From Octopus sinensis (Eukaryota): a DNA stretch of 64,000 bases. Within the stretch, counting starts at the first letter, position 1; each line of letters opens with the position of its first letter. Shown piece by piece: positions 49,095 through 62,879 of the stretch. The notes under the pieces are model-generated. The model worked only from the letters and a program-made list of their open reading frames with translations, did not search any database and was not told the DNA's origin. The DNA lies in contig NW_021833574.1 of assembly GCF_006345805.1 (NCBI RefSeq), positions 6,742 to 70,741 on the forward strand, given 5' to 3'. The position numbers and the translations under genes are program-made.

Positions 49095-49325
49095 ATTCGT
49101 TGCTGTTATGTTAAACTATTCTATGTCCAAATTCGGCCAAATGCGTTTCTTTCCATATTTAGTTTTACTTGCAATAGCCGGTTCTTTTGGTCAAACTGTC
49201 GTATCTCCAGCGACTTCAGATGCCAAGATATCAAAATTTTTCAAAAGGTAGTACAACGGGTTTGCTATGGAAAAAGCAACGTGTTAGACTTGCGACACTT
49301 TTGCATAATTGCAACGATATACATA
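49095..49325 (+). repeat. Inverted partner of 46420-46830
   Basis: See 46420-46830. Confidence 0.75.
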
Positions 49326-49693
49326 TGAGTGTGTGTGTGTGTGTGTGTTCCCCACAACCAGTAGTCAACTGGTGTCCGATTGTTTACGTCTCTGTAACTT
49401 AGTGATGAGAATGTTATAACAATTATCAAACTGGGGTCGATTTATTCGAATAAATCCTTCAAGACGGAAATAAGGGAATAAGAAAGAATGGGCTTACAGC
49501 TGTTTCTGCTATCAGATACAATGCACCCTTATTTGGGTGAGTGTGTATGACTCTGCAGCCTCATCGGAGCTTCAAAAATGAAGTGCATATTTATTTAGAA
49601 AGCTTTTAATGAGCTTGTGTGTATGTGTGCGCGTACATGTATATATTTATGTGTACGTGTATGCATGTATGTCTGCATGTCTGTATACACACA

Positions 49694-49729
<36 letters not shown>

Positions 49730-50169
49730 TACAGCTGTTTATGGGTGTGTTGTTGTATAGGTATGCAGGGTCAGCGCATATAGATGCCACACCCTGTTTA
49801 CTGTAGTGGCAAGCGAAGTTGCCTTCATACCTTTCCCAAGGAAATTAGCAAGTGAAATTAGAGCATAAAGAAATATATAAATATACACATTATTATACAT
49901 ACCTACGTTTACGTATGTATGTATGTATGTATGTATGTATGTATGTATGTATGTATGTATGTATGTATGTATGTATGTATGTATGTATGTATGTATGTAT
50001 GAAAGGATATGGGTGTACGAAGTACGTACATATGTATGTAAATGTGTATGTGTGTATGTATGCATATCTGTATACGTATGTATGTGCTGAAGTTTTTTAA
50101 CCACGAGCATGAATCAAGACAATCCTTCCATGATCATCCTGTCCTTTTAAGCGATTTGAAGACGTTTAT

Positions 50170-50597
50170 CTTTTATTATTTGCTTGTTTCAGTCATTAGA
50201 CTGCGGCCATGCTGGGGCACGACGTTGAAGAATTTTACCGCAGAACATTTTTTACTGTTATGGATTCATTTATTTATCTTCCTTTCAGCCTAGTACTTAT
50301 ACTGTTGCTCTATTTTACCGAACCGCTAAGTTATGGGGACGTAAACACATCAACACCGATTATTAGGTGGTCGAGTTGGGGGTCAGACATAGACAGACAC
50401 ACACCCAAGCACACACATTCATACACGCACACCTATGTACAACGGCCTTCTTCCAGTTTCCGTCTACCAAATTCACTCACAAGACTTTGGTCGGTCCAAG
50501 GCTTTAGTAGAAGTCACCTGCCCAAGCTACCACGTAGTGGGACTGAACTCTGAACCATGTGGTTGGGAAGCAAGCTTCTTACCACACAGCCACGCAT
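50170..50597 (-). mobile_element. SINE family B, diverged
   Basis: Reverse-complement head, core and tail. Confidence 0.85.
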
Positions 50598-51714
50598 ATG
50601 AATATTTTAATCTAGTGTTTTCATACCCCGTGATATTTCTGTGCGATTTCAGCGAAATCTGGCTGTTGTTTCTAGCAGATCGAGTCATCACATAACGCCT
50701 ACTTCGTTACCTTGACACATGTCTGCTAACGTATTCATGTTTGTGTGTGAATGTACTACACACAGAGACACACACACAGAAAGACACACAAATACCTACA
50801 TACAAACATACATACATACATACATACAAACATACATACATACATACATACATACCTACATACATACATACATACATACATACATACATACATACATACA
50901 TACATACATACATACATACAACCACCCACACATAAGTACAAACACTCACAGCTTGCGAGTATTTTTAGTTCCTGGTATAGAAATGACAATTAACTATTCG
51001 AAATATTTTACATGGGTACGTTGGGGTGGAATGTCCTGAGGATGGTTTGTAATAGGGGTATTTGCTGAACTATTTAATTTCCCGCGGAATAACTGTCTAT
51101 AAAACCCTAGTGTCCTTGTCTTCTGTAAGCTAATCAATCCCTTTCGATACTTCCACAGACAAGCCACCCGCTTTACTCTGAAGCGTTGAATAGTTAGCTG
51201 CAACACGGGTGGTGTAACTCACGCTCTATGTATACAAGGTGCTACTATATACGGGTGGATAGTACCTTACAGGTTTTCTTCCTTATCTTCTGATAGAAAT
51301 GAGGTCGTTCGAAATGCTAACAATAGCGGCCAAATCTTCCTCAAATAACACCCAGCCTTTTTTCAATAAAGAGTTGTACACGTCATACCCCCTTCCCGCC
51401 ACCACCACCACCACTACTCTCTCGCAGAATAACTTCGCTGACACCTGTAAGCAACGGGGGCAGCAGCAGCAGCATCAGCAGCAGCGATGTGGAATTATCG
51501 ACTGCGAGACTTTCTTACGGGAAAAAGTTACGAGTTCGATTCTTTCCGCGGGAAAAAGAATTTAAAAAAAAATATGACCAGGGAAGGGAAGAAGGATGAG
51601 TAAAAAGAACGAAGGGGGAGAGCAGTTGCCTGGAAAACTGAAGGCGGGAGAGGATATCATAAGTGCTTTTAATTCAAAGTGTATATATGTGTTCCTCATG
51701 TATATACAGTTTCA

Positions 51715-51850
51715 TTCTTACTCTTTTACTTGTATCAGTCATTTGACTGTGGCCATGCTGGAGCACCACCACCTTTAGTCGAGCAAATCGACCCCAGCAC
51801 TTATTCTTTGTAAGCCTAATACTTATTCTACTGGTCACTTTTGCTAAGTT
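51715..51850 (-). mobile_element. SINE family B, 3' end
   Basis: CTCTTTTACTTGTATCAGTCATTTGACTGTGGCC. Confidence 0.8.
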
Positions 51851-52044
51851 ATATATATTATATACGCAAAGCATAATATGTTATACATGTATGTATATTA
51901 TTATAATTGTCCTTTTAGTAAATAAATAAATTGACATGATATAATGTCTAAAAGTTGATGAGTAAAACCTATTGATCCCTCCATTTTCTTATTACTCTCT
52001 CTCTCTCTCTTTCTCTCCTCTCTCTCCGTCCCTCTCTCTCTCTG

Positions 52045-52077
<33 letters not shown>

Positions 52078-52084
52078 ATTGTTG

Positions 52085-52400
52085 TTGTTGTTGTTGTTGT
52101 TTGTTCCTTCTCGAGCCATACCTGGCTCATAAGGGCCGTTTTCCCGGTTTCATTGGCGTATAGGTTCCCCACCTGGACGGGACGCCAGTCCGTCGCAGGT
52201 GAGCTGCTAGACGCAGGAGGAAAGAGAGAGAGGAAGTTGTGGCGAAAGAGTCAGCAGAGTTTCGCCATTATCTTCTGCCGGAGCAGCGTGGAGATTAGGC
52301 GTTTCGCTCATAAAAACACACATCGCCCGGTCTGAGATTCGAACCAGCGATCCCTCGACCGCGAGTCCGCTGCTCTAACCAGTAGGCCATGTGCCTCTAC
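52085..52400 (-). mobile_element. SINE with a family C-like head and a different 3' domain
   Basis: The head matches family C (CCGCGAGTCCGCTGCTCTAACC); the tail matches 36070-36150. Confidence 0.75.
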
Positions 52401-52419
52401 AATTCAAGGTATGTAGGGC

Positions 52420-53759
52420 AGCAATTTTGACAGGAGAGAATTTAGTCGATATAATCGACCCTAGTATTTGACTGGTACTTTATTTCATCGACCCCCAAAC
52501 GAGAATAAAAGATGATGAGTTTCACTTCAGCGTGATTTGAACTCGGAATCCAACAAAGCATTGTGTTCGATTCTACGAATCGAACCACCTAACACCAAAG
52601 ATAATAATCCTTCTACTGTAGGCACAAGGCCTGAAATTTTGGTGGCGGGAAATCACGTTGGTTTCATCGACCCCGAGTACTTAACAGGTACATATTTTTC
52701 AGCCCCCTGAAAAGATGAAAGACAAAGTCGACCACGGCAGAATTTTGAACTCAGAACGAAGCGGCAGACGAAATACCTATTTCTATTTCTTTATTGCCCA
52801 CAAGGGGCTAAACACAGAAGGAACAAACAAGGACAGACAAACAGATTAAGTCGATTATATCAAGCCCAGTGAGTAACTGGTACTTATTTAATCGACCCTG
52901 AAAGGATGAAAGGCAAAGTCGACCTCGGCAGAATTTGAACTCAGAACGTAACGGCAGACGAAATACGGCTACGCATTTCGCCCGGCGTGCTAACGATTCT
53001 GCCAGCTCGTCGCCTTAATAATAATTATAATAATGATTCCAAATTTTGACACCAGGCCAGCAATTTGAGGGGAGGGGTGTAAGTCGATTACATCGATTCC
53101 AGTATTCAACTGGTACTTGATTTATCGACCACGAAACGATGAATGGCAAACGACCACCTCGTAATTTGAAATCATGACAACGATAATAATTGTTTCAAAA
53201 GGGCAGCTTGCGGAGGTGGGGATGAATCGATTACATCTGCCCTAGTGTTCAACTGGTACTTATTTTAGTGACTTCGAAACGATGAAAGGCAAAGTCGACC
53301 TCGGCCGAATTTAATAACAACGATAATAAGATTCTAACATAGGTACAAGACCTGAAATTCGGGAGAAATTTAGACAATTATATCGACTCCAGTACTTCCC
53401 AAGTACTTTGCTTTATTGACCCCAGAACAATAAATGGCAAAGTTCACCTCAGACGGGATTGAACTCGAGATGTAAAATGCACCGAAGCACATAACACAAC
53501 GTATCTCTTCCGACGCTCTACCGATTCTGCCAAATATTATTATTAACAATTATTTCTACTCTAGGCCCAAGGCCTTGAAAAGTTTTGGGAAGGGGACTAG
53601 TCAGTTACATCGGTAACTGGTACTTATTTCATCGACTCCCGAAAGGATAAAAGGCAAAGTCGAACTCGGCGGAAGTTGAACTCAGAACGTAGTGACGGAC
53701 GAAATACCGCTAAGCATTTCGCCCGGCATACTTCACTATTCTGCCAGCTCACCGCCTTT

Positions 53760-53818
<59 letters not shown>

Positions 53819-54722
53819 CCTTTCTGCTATAGGCACAAGGCCTGAAATTGTGGGGGAAGGGTCTAGTCGATTACATCGACCCCCAGTGTGTAACTGGTAC
53901 TTATTTCATCGACCCCAAAAGGATGACAAGCAAAGTCAACCTCGGCGAAATTTGAACTCAGAAACTAAAAGAGTCGGAAGAAATACCGCTAAGCATTTTG
54001 TCCGGCGCGCTACAGATTATGTCAAGCTCGGTACCTTAAAATGATTACAAAGTTTGGCACCAAACCAGAAATTTTAGTGGAGAGCGGGTGGGGGGGGGGG
54101 TCCATGACTTCCACCCACCCTCTGGCCAACTAGTACATATGGACCGCGAAAGAAACGAAAGAAAAGCCGACATTGGCAGACCGCGGTACTAACACCGTAC
54201 ATAAACAACAATAGCAGAAGCAACAACAATAATAATAATAATAATCCTCTCTACTATATAGGCAGAGGGTCTGAAATTTGAGGGAGGTGATTAATCGGTT
54301 ATATCGACTTCCGTATTCAACTGGTACTTAATTTATCGACACCGGAAGGATGAAAAGCAAAGTCGACCTCGGCGGAATTTGAACTCAGAACGTAGCGACA
54401 GACGAAAATACGGCTACGCATTTCGCCCGGCGTGCTAACAATTCTGCCAGCTCACCGCCTTAGTAATAATAATAATAACAACAACAACAACAATAATAAT
54501 ATATAATCCTCTCTACTATATAGGCAGAGGGTCTGAAATTTGAGGGAGGTGATTAATCGGTTATATCGACTTCCGTATTCAACTGGTACTTAATTTATCG
54601 ACACCGGAAGGATGAAAAGCAAAGTCGACCTCGGCGGAATTTGAACTCAGAACGTAGCGACAGACAAAATACGGCTACGCATTTCGCCCGGCGTGCTAAC
54701 AATTCTGCCAGCTCACCGCCTT
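52420..54722 (-). mobile_element. Array of about 11 co-oriented SINE-A units separated by (TAA)/(CAA)-rich spacers
   Basis: Repeated cores, all on the minus strand. The last two units are a near-identical 262-bp tandem duplication. Confidence 0.9.
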
Positions 54723-54759
54723 AGTAATAATAATAATACACAACAACAACAATAATAAT

Positions 54760-54772
54760 AATAATAACAATA

Positions 54773-54836
<64 letters not shown>
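54760..54836. repeat. (TAA)n microsatellite
   Basis: Seen directly. Confidence 0.95.
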
Positions 54837-55154
54837 CTGATGATGATGTTGATGATGCCGATGTTGCGATTTGATATTGATTGTACTACTTGGGTCAAAC
54901 AACCGACATAGGTTGAAACGAGAGGTGGGGGTAAATGGGGGGGGTAAGTGGGGGTGGAAAAGGGATCAGCCACGGAGAGTTTAAGGTGAGTTAAACATTA
55001 TACCTAAATTAATTAGTGAGATGAAAGCCTGTACGGCCATAATTGGTTTCGAAGTCAGATTTTACACACACCCGAAACAGACACACACCACACCACACAC
55101 ACACACACACACACCAATATATACATATAACACACATACACAAGACACACACAC

Positions 55155-55187
<33 letters not shown>

Positions 55188-55356
55188 TGTATGTATGTAT
55201 GTATGTATGTATGTGTGTATGTATGCGTAGAGACGATTGTAAAATATTGTCACAGAGGTATAACGAAGTGGAATACTTGAACACACACACAAGGTATTCA
55301 TGCGAGTAGCATACATGAACATGAGGAAAGAAATTTAATAATACATGTGTGTGTAT

Positions 55357-55401
<45 letters not shown>

Positions 55402-55525
55402 TACACACACACATGCTTATGCATGTATACCCATACATATTTGAATACACACATTTTGCATATTTGTGTGTGGTGAGTGTGTGTGTGTGTGTGTGTGTGC
55501 GTAAATATGGTGCGTGGTGCGATAT

Positions 55526-55558
<33 letters not shown>

Positions 55559-55868
55559 TAGATATATATTACCTATATATAATATATACCTCTATATAAG
55601 TGTGTGTACAAGAGTGCATGTATGTGTTTGTATATATATATATATAATATATATATATAATATGTTTGTGTGTGTGTGTGTACACACACCACACACAATA
55701 TGCGTGTGTGCTTATTTGCACTTACAACACTAAAAATTTATAAACACCATATGCAAAACGCATATCTTCACACAATCACCGACAGGTATATCCACCTGTG
55801 AACCGAATAACCAACCAACAAACATACATACAACAATGTATACATATATATAACATATACAAAATAGA

Positions 55869-55920
<52 letters not shown>

Positions 55921-55951
55921 TTATCAAATAAGGATTATTAAGTCAACTTAC

Positions 55952-56029
55952 CTTCGACGCATAACATGACAAGACCCCAGGTGGAGCCTTTTCGTATCAG
56001 ATATACTCCGGACCAGATTTGAATAGGTC
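55952..56029 (-). other. Candidate internal exon (78 nt) in a unique island among TA/TG repeats
   Basis: Minus strand TTTTTCCAAG|GACCTATT...GTCGAAG|GTAAGT. Length is a multiple of 3 and two frames are open (PIQIWSGVYLIRKGSTWGLVMLCVE; TYSNLVRSISDTKRLHLGSCHVMRR). No homology recognised. Confidence 0.3.
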
Positions 56030-56453
56030 CTTGGAAAAACTCCGTTCACACGTCAAGAAATTATATATGTATATATATATATCTGTATGTATATATATAT
56101 GTATATATATATGTATATATATATATATATATACTTTCTCGCCGTAAAATGTAGTTATCTCCCTTGGTTTGAATACAATGTGTATATATATATATAGATA
56201 GATAGATAGATATTTGTAAAGGTTTGGATGTATTCGTGTTTATTGTAAGTAGATATGTATAAATATTTGATTATATGTATGTATGTATGTATTTATTTAT
56301 TTATGGTATATATTTATGTATAGATATGTATGTGTAAAAAAATATGTATGGTTATGTGTGTGCGTGTGTGCGTGTATCGGAATAACTCTGTTGTATTAAG
56401 AAGGTGCATGCGAGCTTGCGTGTGTGGATTTGTATATGTATATATGTTTATAA

Positions 56454-56489
<36 letters not shown>

Positions 56490-57217
56490 TATGGAAAGGG
56501 GTTCTGTGCAGTTGACAGGTAAACTTAACCTACTCCTCCTTACACTATTTTTCTTTTAGTAAAATCACAGTCCTCTATTGAGATAATATACATATATATA
56601 TATATATACGTGTATATCTATATATATTATATAGATCGATATAGATATATAGAAATATATATATATGCACACACACACTCACGCACACACGATATGTGTG
56701 TGTGTGTAAACTTTTCAGGTGTGTATAGAAGTTATGTGTATGTTTCACAACCGATCGACGAAGCGAAAATAACAACAAATATACACATTCAAAACTAATT
56801 TAAACAAATCTATTCACACACATACACACACACAAACGCACGCATACAGTTATTATATGTATGTATCAAGGTATGTGTATATATATATAGATGTAAAAAT
56901 ATATATTTACATATACGCTCTCGTTCACACTCGCTCACTCTCTCTCTCACACACTTATACGCACACACACACACACATATTTAGATGTATATATATATAT
57001 ATATATCTATATATATATGTATGGAGGGTTGTTTGCTTTTGTGAATGTATATATGTGTGTATGTGTGTGTGTGTGTGAGTGTGTGTGTGTGTAACTACAT
57101 ACTTACATATATATATAAATATATATGTGTGTGTGTGTGTGTGTGGTGTATTAATTAATGTTTTGTGTGCAACGCACACGTTACATCTAATCGACCGGTG
57201 TGAGTGTGTGATGATGC

Positions 57218-57249
<32 letters not shown>

Positions 57250-57449
57250 GAATGTATGTACCTAGGTATGTATAAACACAACTATCTGTTCACACTGTTG
57301 TTGATATCGTTGTTGTCGCCTCGGTTGTTCTACTTTGTGTTGTTGTTCTGTGTTGTTGTTGTTGCTGTTCTGGTTCTCCGTTAATCCAAATCGTCATTTT
57401 TGTTCGATAATATCCAAAAGCACAGAACATATATACACATATATATATA

Positions 57450-57487
<38 letters not shown>

Positions 57488-57752
57488 AAGTATATGTATA
57501 TATGTATATATATATAAATACACACACACGTGAAATTTGTATTCGTTTTTTTTTTCTCCTTTTCTTTGAATTCAATAAAAATATTCCAAAACAGGTAAAA
57601 AAGAAGAAAGAATATATAGATGGATAGATAGGTACAGAGATATATTTTATGAGTATAATTTATGTTTTTTATAATAATAATTACTATTATTATAATTTGT
57701 AACTATTAACTTTTTCCAATTCACTCAAGTATATATATATATATAATATATA

Positions 57753-57794
<42 letters not shown>

Positions 57795-57831
57795 AACGCA
57801 CACTTTTCTCTCCTTTGTAGTACGTGTGTAC

Positions 57832-57881
<50 letters not shown>

Positions 57882-58072
57882 TCTGCTAAACTAAACTCTG
57901 TCGTATGGAAGTATATAGAAGCCGTTTGTGATCCGTACACAGTCTGACTACAGCCAAACCCTATCAACACTTCTCAACCAGGCACAGAGTGTAACATCAT
58001 GTCAAAGCAGTCAGGCAGTCTAACCCAGTCAAACACGCTCTCTCCCTTTCTTCGCTTCTCTCTATCTATCTT

Positions 58073-58107
<35 letters not shown>

Positions 58108-58466
58108 GTCCGTCTATCTCTTTCTTTCTATCTCACCCATTATTCTTTCTCCTCCACCTCTCTCTCTCTCTCTCTCTCTCTTTTTCACTCTCTCATTTAT
58201 ATATATATATGACTTTATGTTTCCTTTCTTTCTTTTCCGCCTTATATATTACCCCCTCACTCTCTCTCATATTATAATCTCTCTCTATACCTTCTTCAGT
58301 CTTTCTATTTTCTCTTCCGATCTCCATATATATATATATATATATATACACCTCACTCTCCCTATATATATATATATATGAAATTTTAAATGAGGGTGAG
58401 AACATTTCTTAATGGTAAGACCATAGCGGATCTATTTCTAGCATAGTGGTTTCCATCAAATATGTC

Positions 58467-58498
<32 letters not shown>

Positions 58499-58645
58499 CC
58501 GGGGTAAACATAAATGTGAATCAAGGTGGAAAAAAGAGTACTCAAATACCAGGGGTAGAGTAATATGCTTTATTTAAAAGCAGCAGAAAATTCAACAAAA
58601 CCTGTTACTCTGAGTTTCACGTTGCCGTTCGTCGGACAGTTCCTT
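58499..58645 (-). mobile_element. PLE-type terminal repeat with variant hammerhead motif (58602-58639), flanked by (TA)n
   Basis: Reverse complement of 13256-13395. Minus strand reads CTGT-CCGACGA-ACG gcaa CGT-GAAA-CTC a GAG-TA-ACAG. Confidence 0.6.
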
Positions 58646-58713
58646 AAGTAAAGTATATATATATATATATATATATGATAGTGTATCTATATATTTCTCT
58701 CTTTATAGGTATT

Positions 58714-58746
<33 letters not shown>

Positions 58747-58776
58747 GGAGAGAGAGTTTCGCTTAGTCATATAGTT

Positions 58777-58816
<40 letters not shown>

Positions 58817-58960
58817 CTCATACACACACACACACACACGCCTCCTCCCCCTCCCCCTTCTCTATATGTCTGTCGGTATAACTGTCTGTCCGTTAGTCGT
58901 TTTGCCGGAGTTGAACGACAACAGTGGCGCTTATACCAAACAGCGAGGTGGTCGTGGCGA

Positions 58961-58962
<2 letters not shown>

Positions 58963-59019
<57 letters not shown>

Positions 59020-59020
59020 A
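58963..59020. repeat. (TAG)n microsatellite
   Basis: Seen directly. Confidence 0.95.
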
Positions 59021-59360
59021 TAGTAGTAGTAGTAGTGGCGGTGGTGGTCGAGTGGTGGTGACAGTCAGTGTAGTAGTAGTGACAGTGGTAGGGGCGATGA
59101 CGATGGTGGTGGTGGGGGGTGGAGTTTATACAAGCAGCGGTAGGGAGAGCAAGGATTGTTCTTAATAGTTTTTTCTTTTTGCTGTGGTGGTCGTGGTGAG
59201 AGGGGGGTTAAAAATGTTTTCACATCGGTTTCTTTTTACCACCTTACAGGTGGTGAGCGACTGTGTTATAACGGGACACAGCACATGCGTGTATATGCGT
59301 ACACAAGTGTACGCACAAGCTTTCTCCCCCTTCTCTCTCTCTCTCTCTCCTCTCTCTCTC

Positions 59361-59447
<87 letters not shown>

Positions 59448-59772
59448 ATATATACATATATATATATATACACAGAGAGAAGAGAGAGAGAGAACATTTA
59501 AGGTCTGAGATCTGAACGAAATGAAGCCACTGCGTTACATGTGTATATATATACACAAATGCACGTGTGTATAAATGCGTGTGCATGCATGCATATACAC
59601 ACACATACTGTGTAATTTTTCATTTGCCTGATTAAAAAGCCACAGGTAAAAAAATATCTACAGGTGTCCGTTAAGCGCAGATGGAATTATGGAGCGAAAA
59701 AAAAACGTGTACAATAAACACACGCGCTCATGCAAACAAACACATGCACACTTGTATGTAGGTATGTGTGTG

Positions 59773-59815
<43 letters not shown>

Positions 59816-59976
59816 ATGTGTGTGTGTTTGTTTGAGAGAAGGACGTGCAGTTGTTAAACTTTTCTTCCTTTGGGGTCTGCATATAACGATACTTTTTTGG
59901 CGTAAAGCTACATGTGAGCATTCACGGTTAAACACGGATTAAACTTTATGCATGAGGGTGCGAATACACACGCACA

Positions 59977-60022
<46 letters not shown>

Positions 60023-60349
60023 AATACAGAAGTGTGTACTTCAAATTTAAATTTAACGTACCATTTGCAACACATACACACACACACACACATACTGTCC
60101 ATATAAGTAGATAATACGGACAACCGAAGAAGCCTCCACATGGTCGCTCAGATTCCCAGAAATAACAATCAATTGTTCCTCAAAAACATCGAGCACCCCC
60201 GAACCGTTCTTCTAAATAAAGAAATGAAATTGGATAATATAGTCCAATATTCTCCTAAATCGATGACATGGTCATGGGTTGATTGCCTTTTATAATAAGG
60301 TTGATAATTTAGATTTATATACACATACATACATATATACATATATATA

Positions 60350-60540
60350 TATTTCTTTATTACCCACATAGAGGGGACAAACAAGGACAGACAAAGGGAT
60401 TAAGTCGATTATATCGAACCCAGTGCGAAACTGGTACTTTATTTATCGATCCCGAAAGGATGAAAGGCAAAGTCGACCTCGGCGGAATTTGAACTCAGAA
60501 CGTAACGACAGACGAAATACCGCTCGACAGACGAAATACA
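60350..60540 (-). mobile_element. SINE family A, 5'-truncated (tail type 1)
   Basis: Reverse-complement A core and tail. Confidence 0.9.
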
Positions 60541-60561
60541 TATATAAATAATATATATGTG

Positions 60562-60608
<47 letters not shown>

Positions 60609-60759
60609 GCATTACAGATATGCATATATGGGTACAGGACGTCACCAACAGTAAACAACATGAAATACGAAAACAAATGAGTTAAATACGCAAATAACGA
60701 GAGACAGAAAGGACAAGTAATACAAAGAATGACCCTTCATCAGTTATTAGATGCTGATA

Positions 60760-61010
60760 AGTTAGCTTCGGAAACGCATGCCTCCGGGTTCTGCCCCACT
60801 GCGTAGTACGTTAGAGAGGTGTCAAACCCCAGGTGGCCTTGGTCGACGGAAACTGAAAGAAGCCCCTCGTATCTTAGCTTTTTACTTGTTTCAGTCATTA
60901 CACGGCTACTTTGCTGCGGCACTGGCCCCCCAGCACTTGTTTTTTAAAGCCTGGCCCTAACTCTATCGGTCTTTTGCTGAACCGCTAAGCTATGGGACAT
61001 AAGCACATCA
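60760..61010. mobile_element. Degenerate SINE-B head (+) and tail (-) fragments
   Basis: GACGGAAACTGAAAGAAGCCC followed by TTTTACTTGTTTCAGTCATT. Confidence 0.7.
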
Positions 61011-61336
61011 ACACTTGTGTGTGTGTGTCTGTGTGTGTATGTGTGTGTGTGTGTGTCGGTGTGAGTCTGTGTGAGTGAGTGTTTCTCTTTTCACGACCGC
61101 TTAAGTTACGCTGTCTTTTTTATGTTTCCCTAACTTAACCGTTCAGCAAAATGCATCAATAAAATAAACACAACACTTTTAAAATATAAATACTGGAGTC
61201 TATTCAAGGCCATGCTGCAGTATGGTCGCCGTTCATAAATTGAAACAGTAAAAAATGACTTTATACTCATATATGGTCTGCCTCACTTACTTACACTTCT
61301 AAAATATCCAACGCGTACGCGCATACACATACATAT

Positions 61337-61501
61337 GGCGCAGGAGTGGCTGTGTGGTAAGTAGTTTGCTTACCAACCACATGGTTCTGGGTTCAGTCCC
61401 ACTGCGTGGCACCTTGGGCAAGTGTCTTCTGCTATGGCCTCGGGCCGACCAATGCCTTGTGAGTGGATTTGGGAGACGGAAACTGAAAGAAGCCTGTCGT
61501 A

Positions 61502-61587
<86 letters not shown>

Positions 61588-61810
61588 TGTGTGTTTGTGT
61601 GTGTGTGTTTGTTCCCCTACATTGCTTGACAACCGATGCTGGTGTGTTTACGTCCCCGTCAGTTAGCGGTTCGGCAAAACAGACCGATAGAATAAGTACT
61701 GGGCTTATAATGAATAAGTCCCGGGGTCGATTTGTTCGACTAAAGGTGGTGCTCCAGCATGGCCACAGTCAAATGACTGAAACAAGTAAAAGAGTAAAAG
61801 AGAGAAAAGA
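61337..61810 (+). mobile_element. SINE family B, full-length and young
   Basis: Complete head, core, microsatellite and tail. Confidence 0.95.
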
Positions 61811-62064
61811 GTATATGTATCCACACACACACACACTAAACAGTCACCCAAGCATACACACACACACACAGACCTAGTTTAAACTATCTTCCTTATTGAG
61901 CGCCCGCGCGCGCACCCCTACCTACTTACAACTACCTTCCTTATTCAGCACATACCCACACGTGTGGATGTTTTACCTGTTGCTTTAGTCATTAGACTGC
62001 GGCCCGGCCATGCTGGGGCACCGACTTGAAGAATTTTTAGTCGAACAAATCATTCCCTGTACTT

Positions 62065-62092
<28 letters not shown>

Positions 62093-62095
<3 letters not shown>

Positions 62096-62381
62096 CTCTT
62101 TTACTTGTTTCAGTCAATTGATTGTGGCCATGCTGGAGCACCGCCTTTAATCGAGCAAATCGACCCATGGACTTATTTTTTGTAAGCCTAGTACTTATTG
62201 TATCGGTTACTTTTGCTGAACCGCTGAGTTACGGGGACGTAAACACACCACCATCGGTTCTCAAGCGATGTTGGGGGGGGGACAAACACAGTCACACAAA
62301 CATATACGCACACACACACACACCACACATATATATATATATTATATGTATAAGATATATATATATTTATATATATTTTAC

Positions 62382-62440
<59 letters not shown>

Positions 62441-62615
62441 GTATGTATATATATATATACGACGGCTTCTTTCAGTTTTTGTCTACCAAATCCACTCACA
62501 AGGCTTTGGTCGGCCCGAGGCTATAGTAGAAGACACTTGCCCAAAGTGGCACGCACTGGGACTGAACCTGGAACCATGTGGTTGGGAAGCAAGCTACTTA
62601 CCACACAGCCACTCC
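62093..62615 (-). mobile_element. SINE family B, full-length (flanked by further B tail fragments at ~61975-62050 and ~62620-62850)
   Basis: Reverse-complement B copy. Confidence 0.9.
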
Positions 62616-62730
62616 TTAGGCACTTATTCTCTCGGTCTTCTTTTGCTGAACCGCTAGTTTACGGGGAGATAAGCACACCAACACCGGTTGCCAACCGGTG
62701 GTTTGGAACAAACTCACACACACACGCACA

Positions 62731-62761
<31 letters not shown>

Positions 62762-62879
62762 AAAGCACGTAACATTATATATATACATATTCGTTTATTC
62801 TTTTATTTGTTTCATTTTTTTGACAGTGGTCATGCTGGAGCACCGCCTTGAAATAAAAAATCTTGTGGTAGCCTCCGGG

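Noticed and set aside
51299-51565. 88-aa ORF with poly-Thr and poly-Gln
   Set aside because: It starts inside a decayed repeat, the homopolymers come from short ACC and CAG runs, and there are no splice signals or homology.
55027-55041. GCCTGTACGGCCATA, resembling the 5' end of 5S rRNA
   Set aside because: Similarity stops after about 14 nt, with no internal control region.
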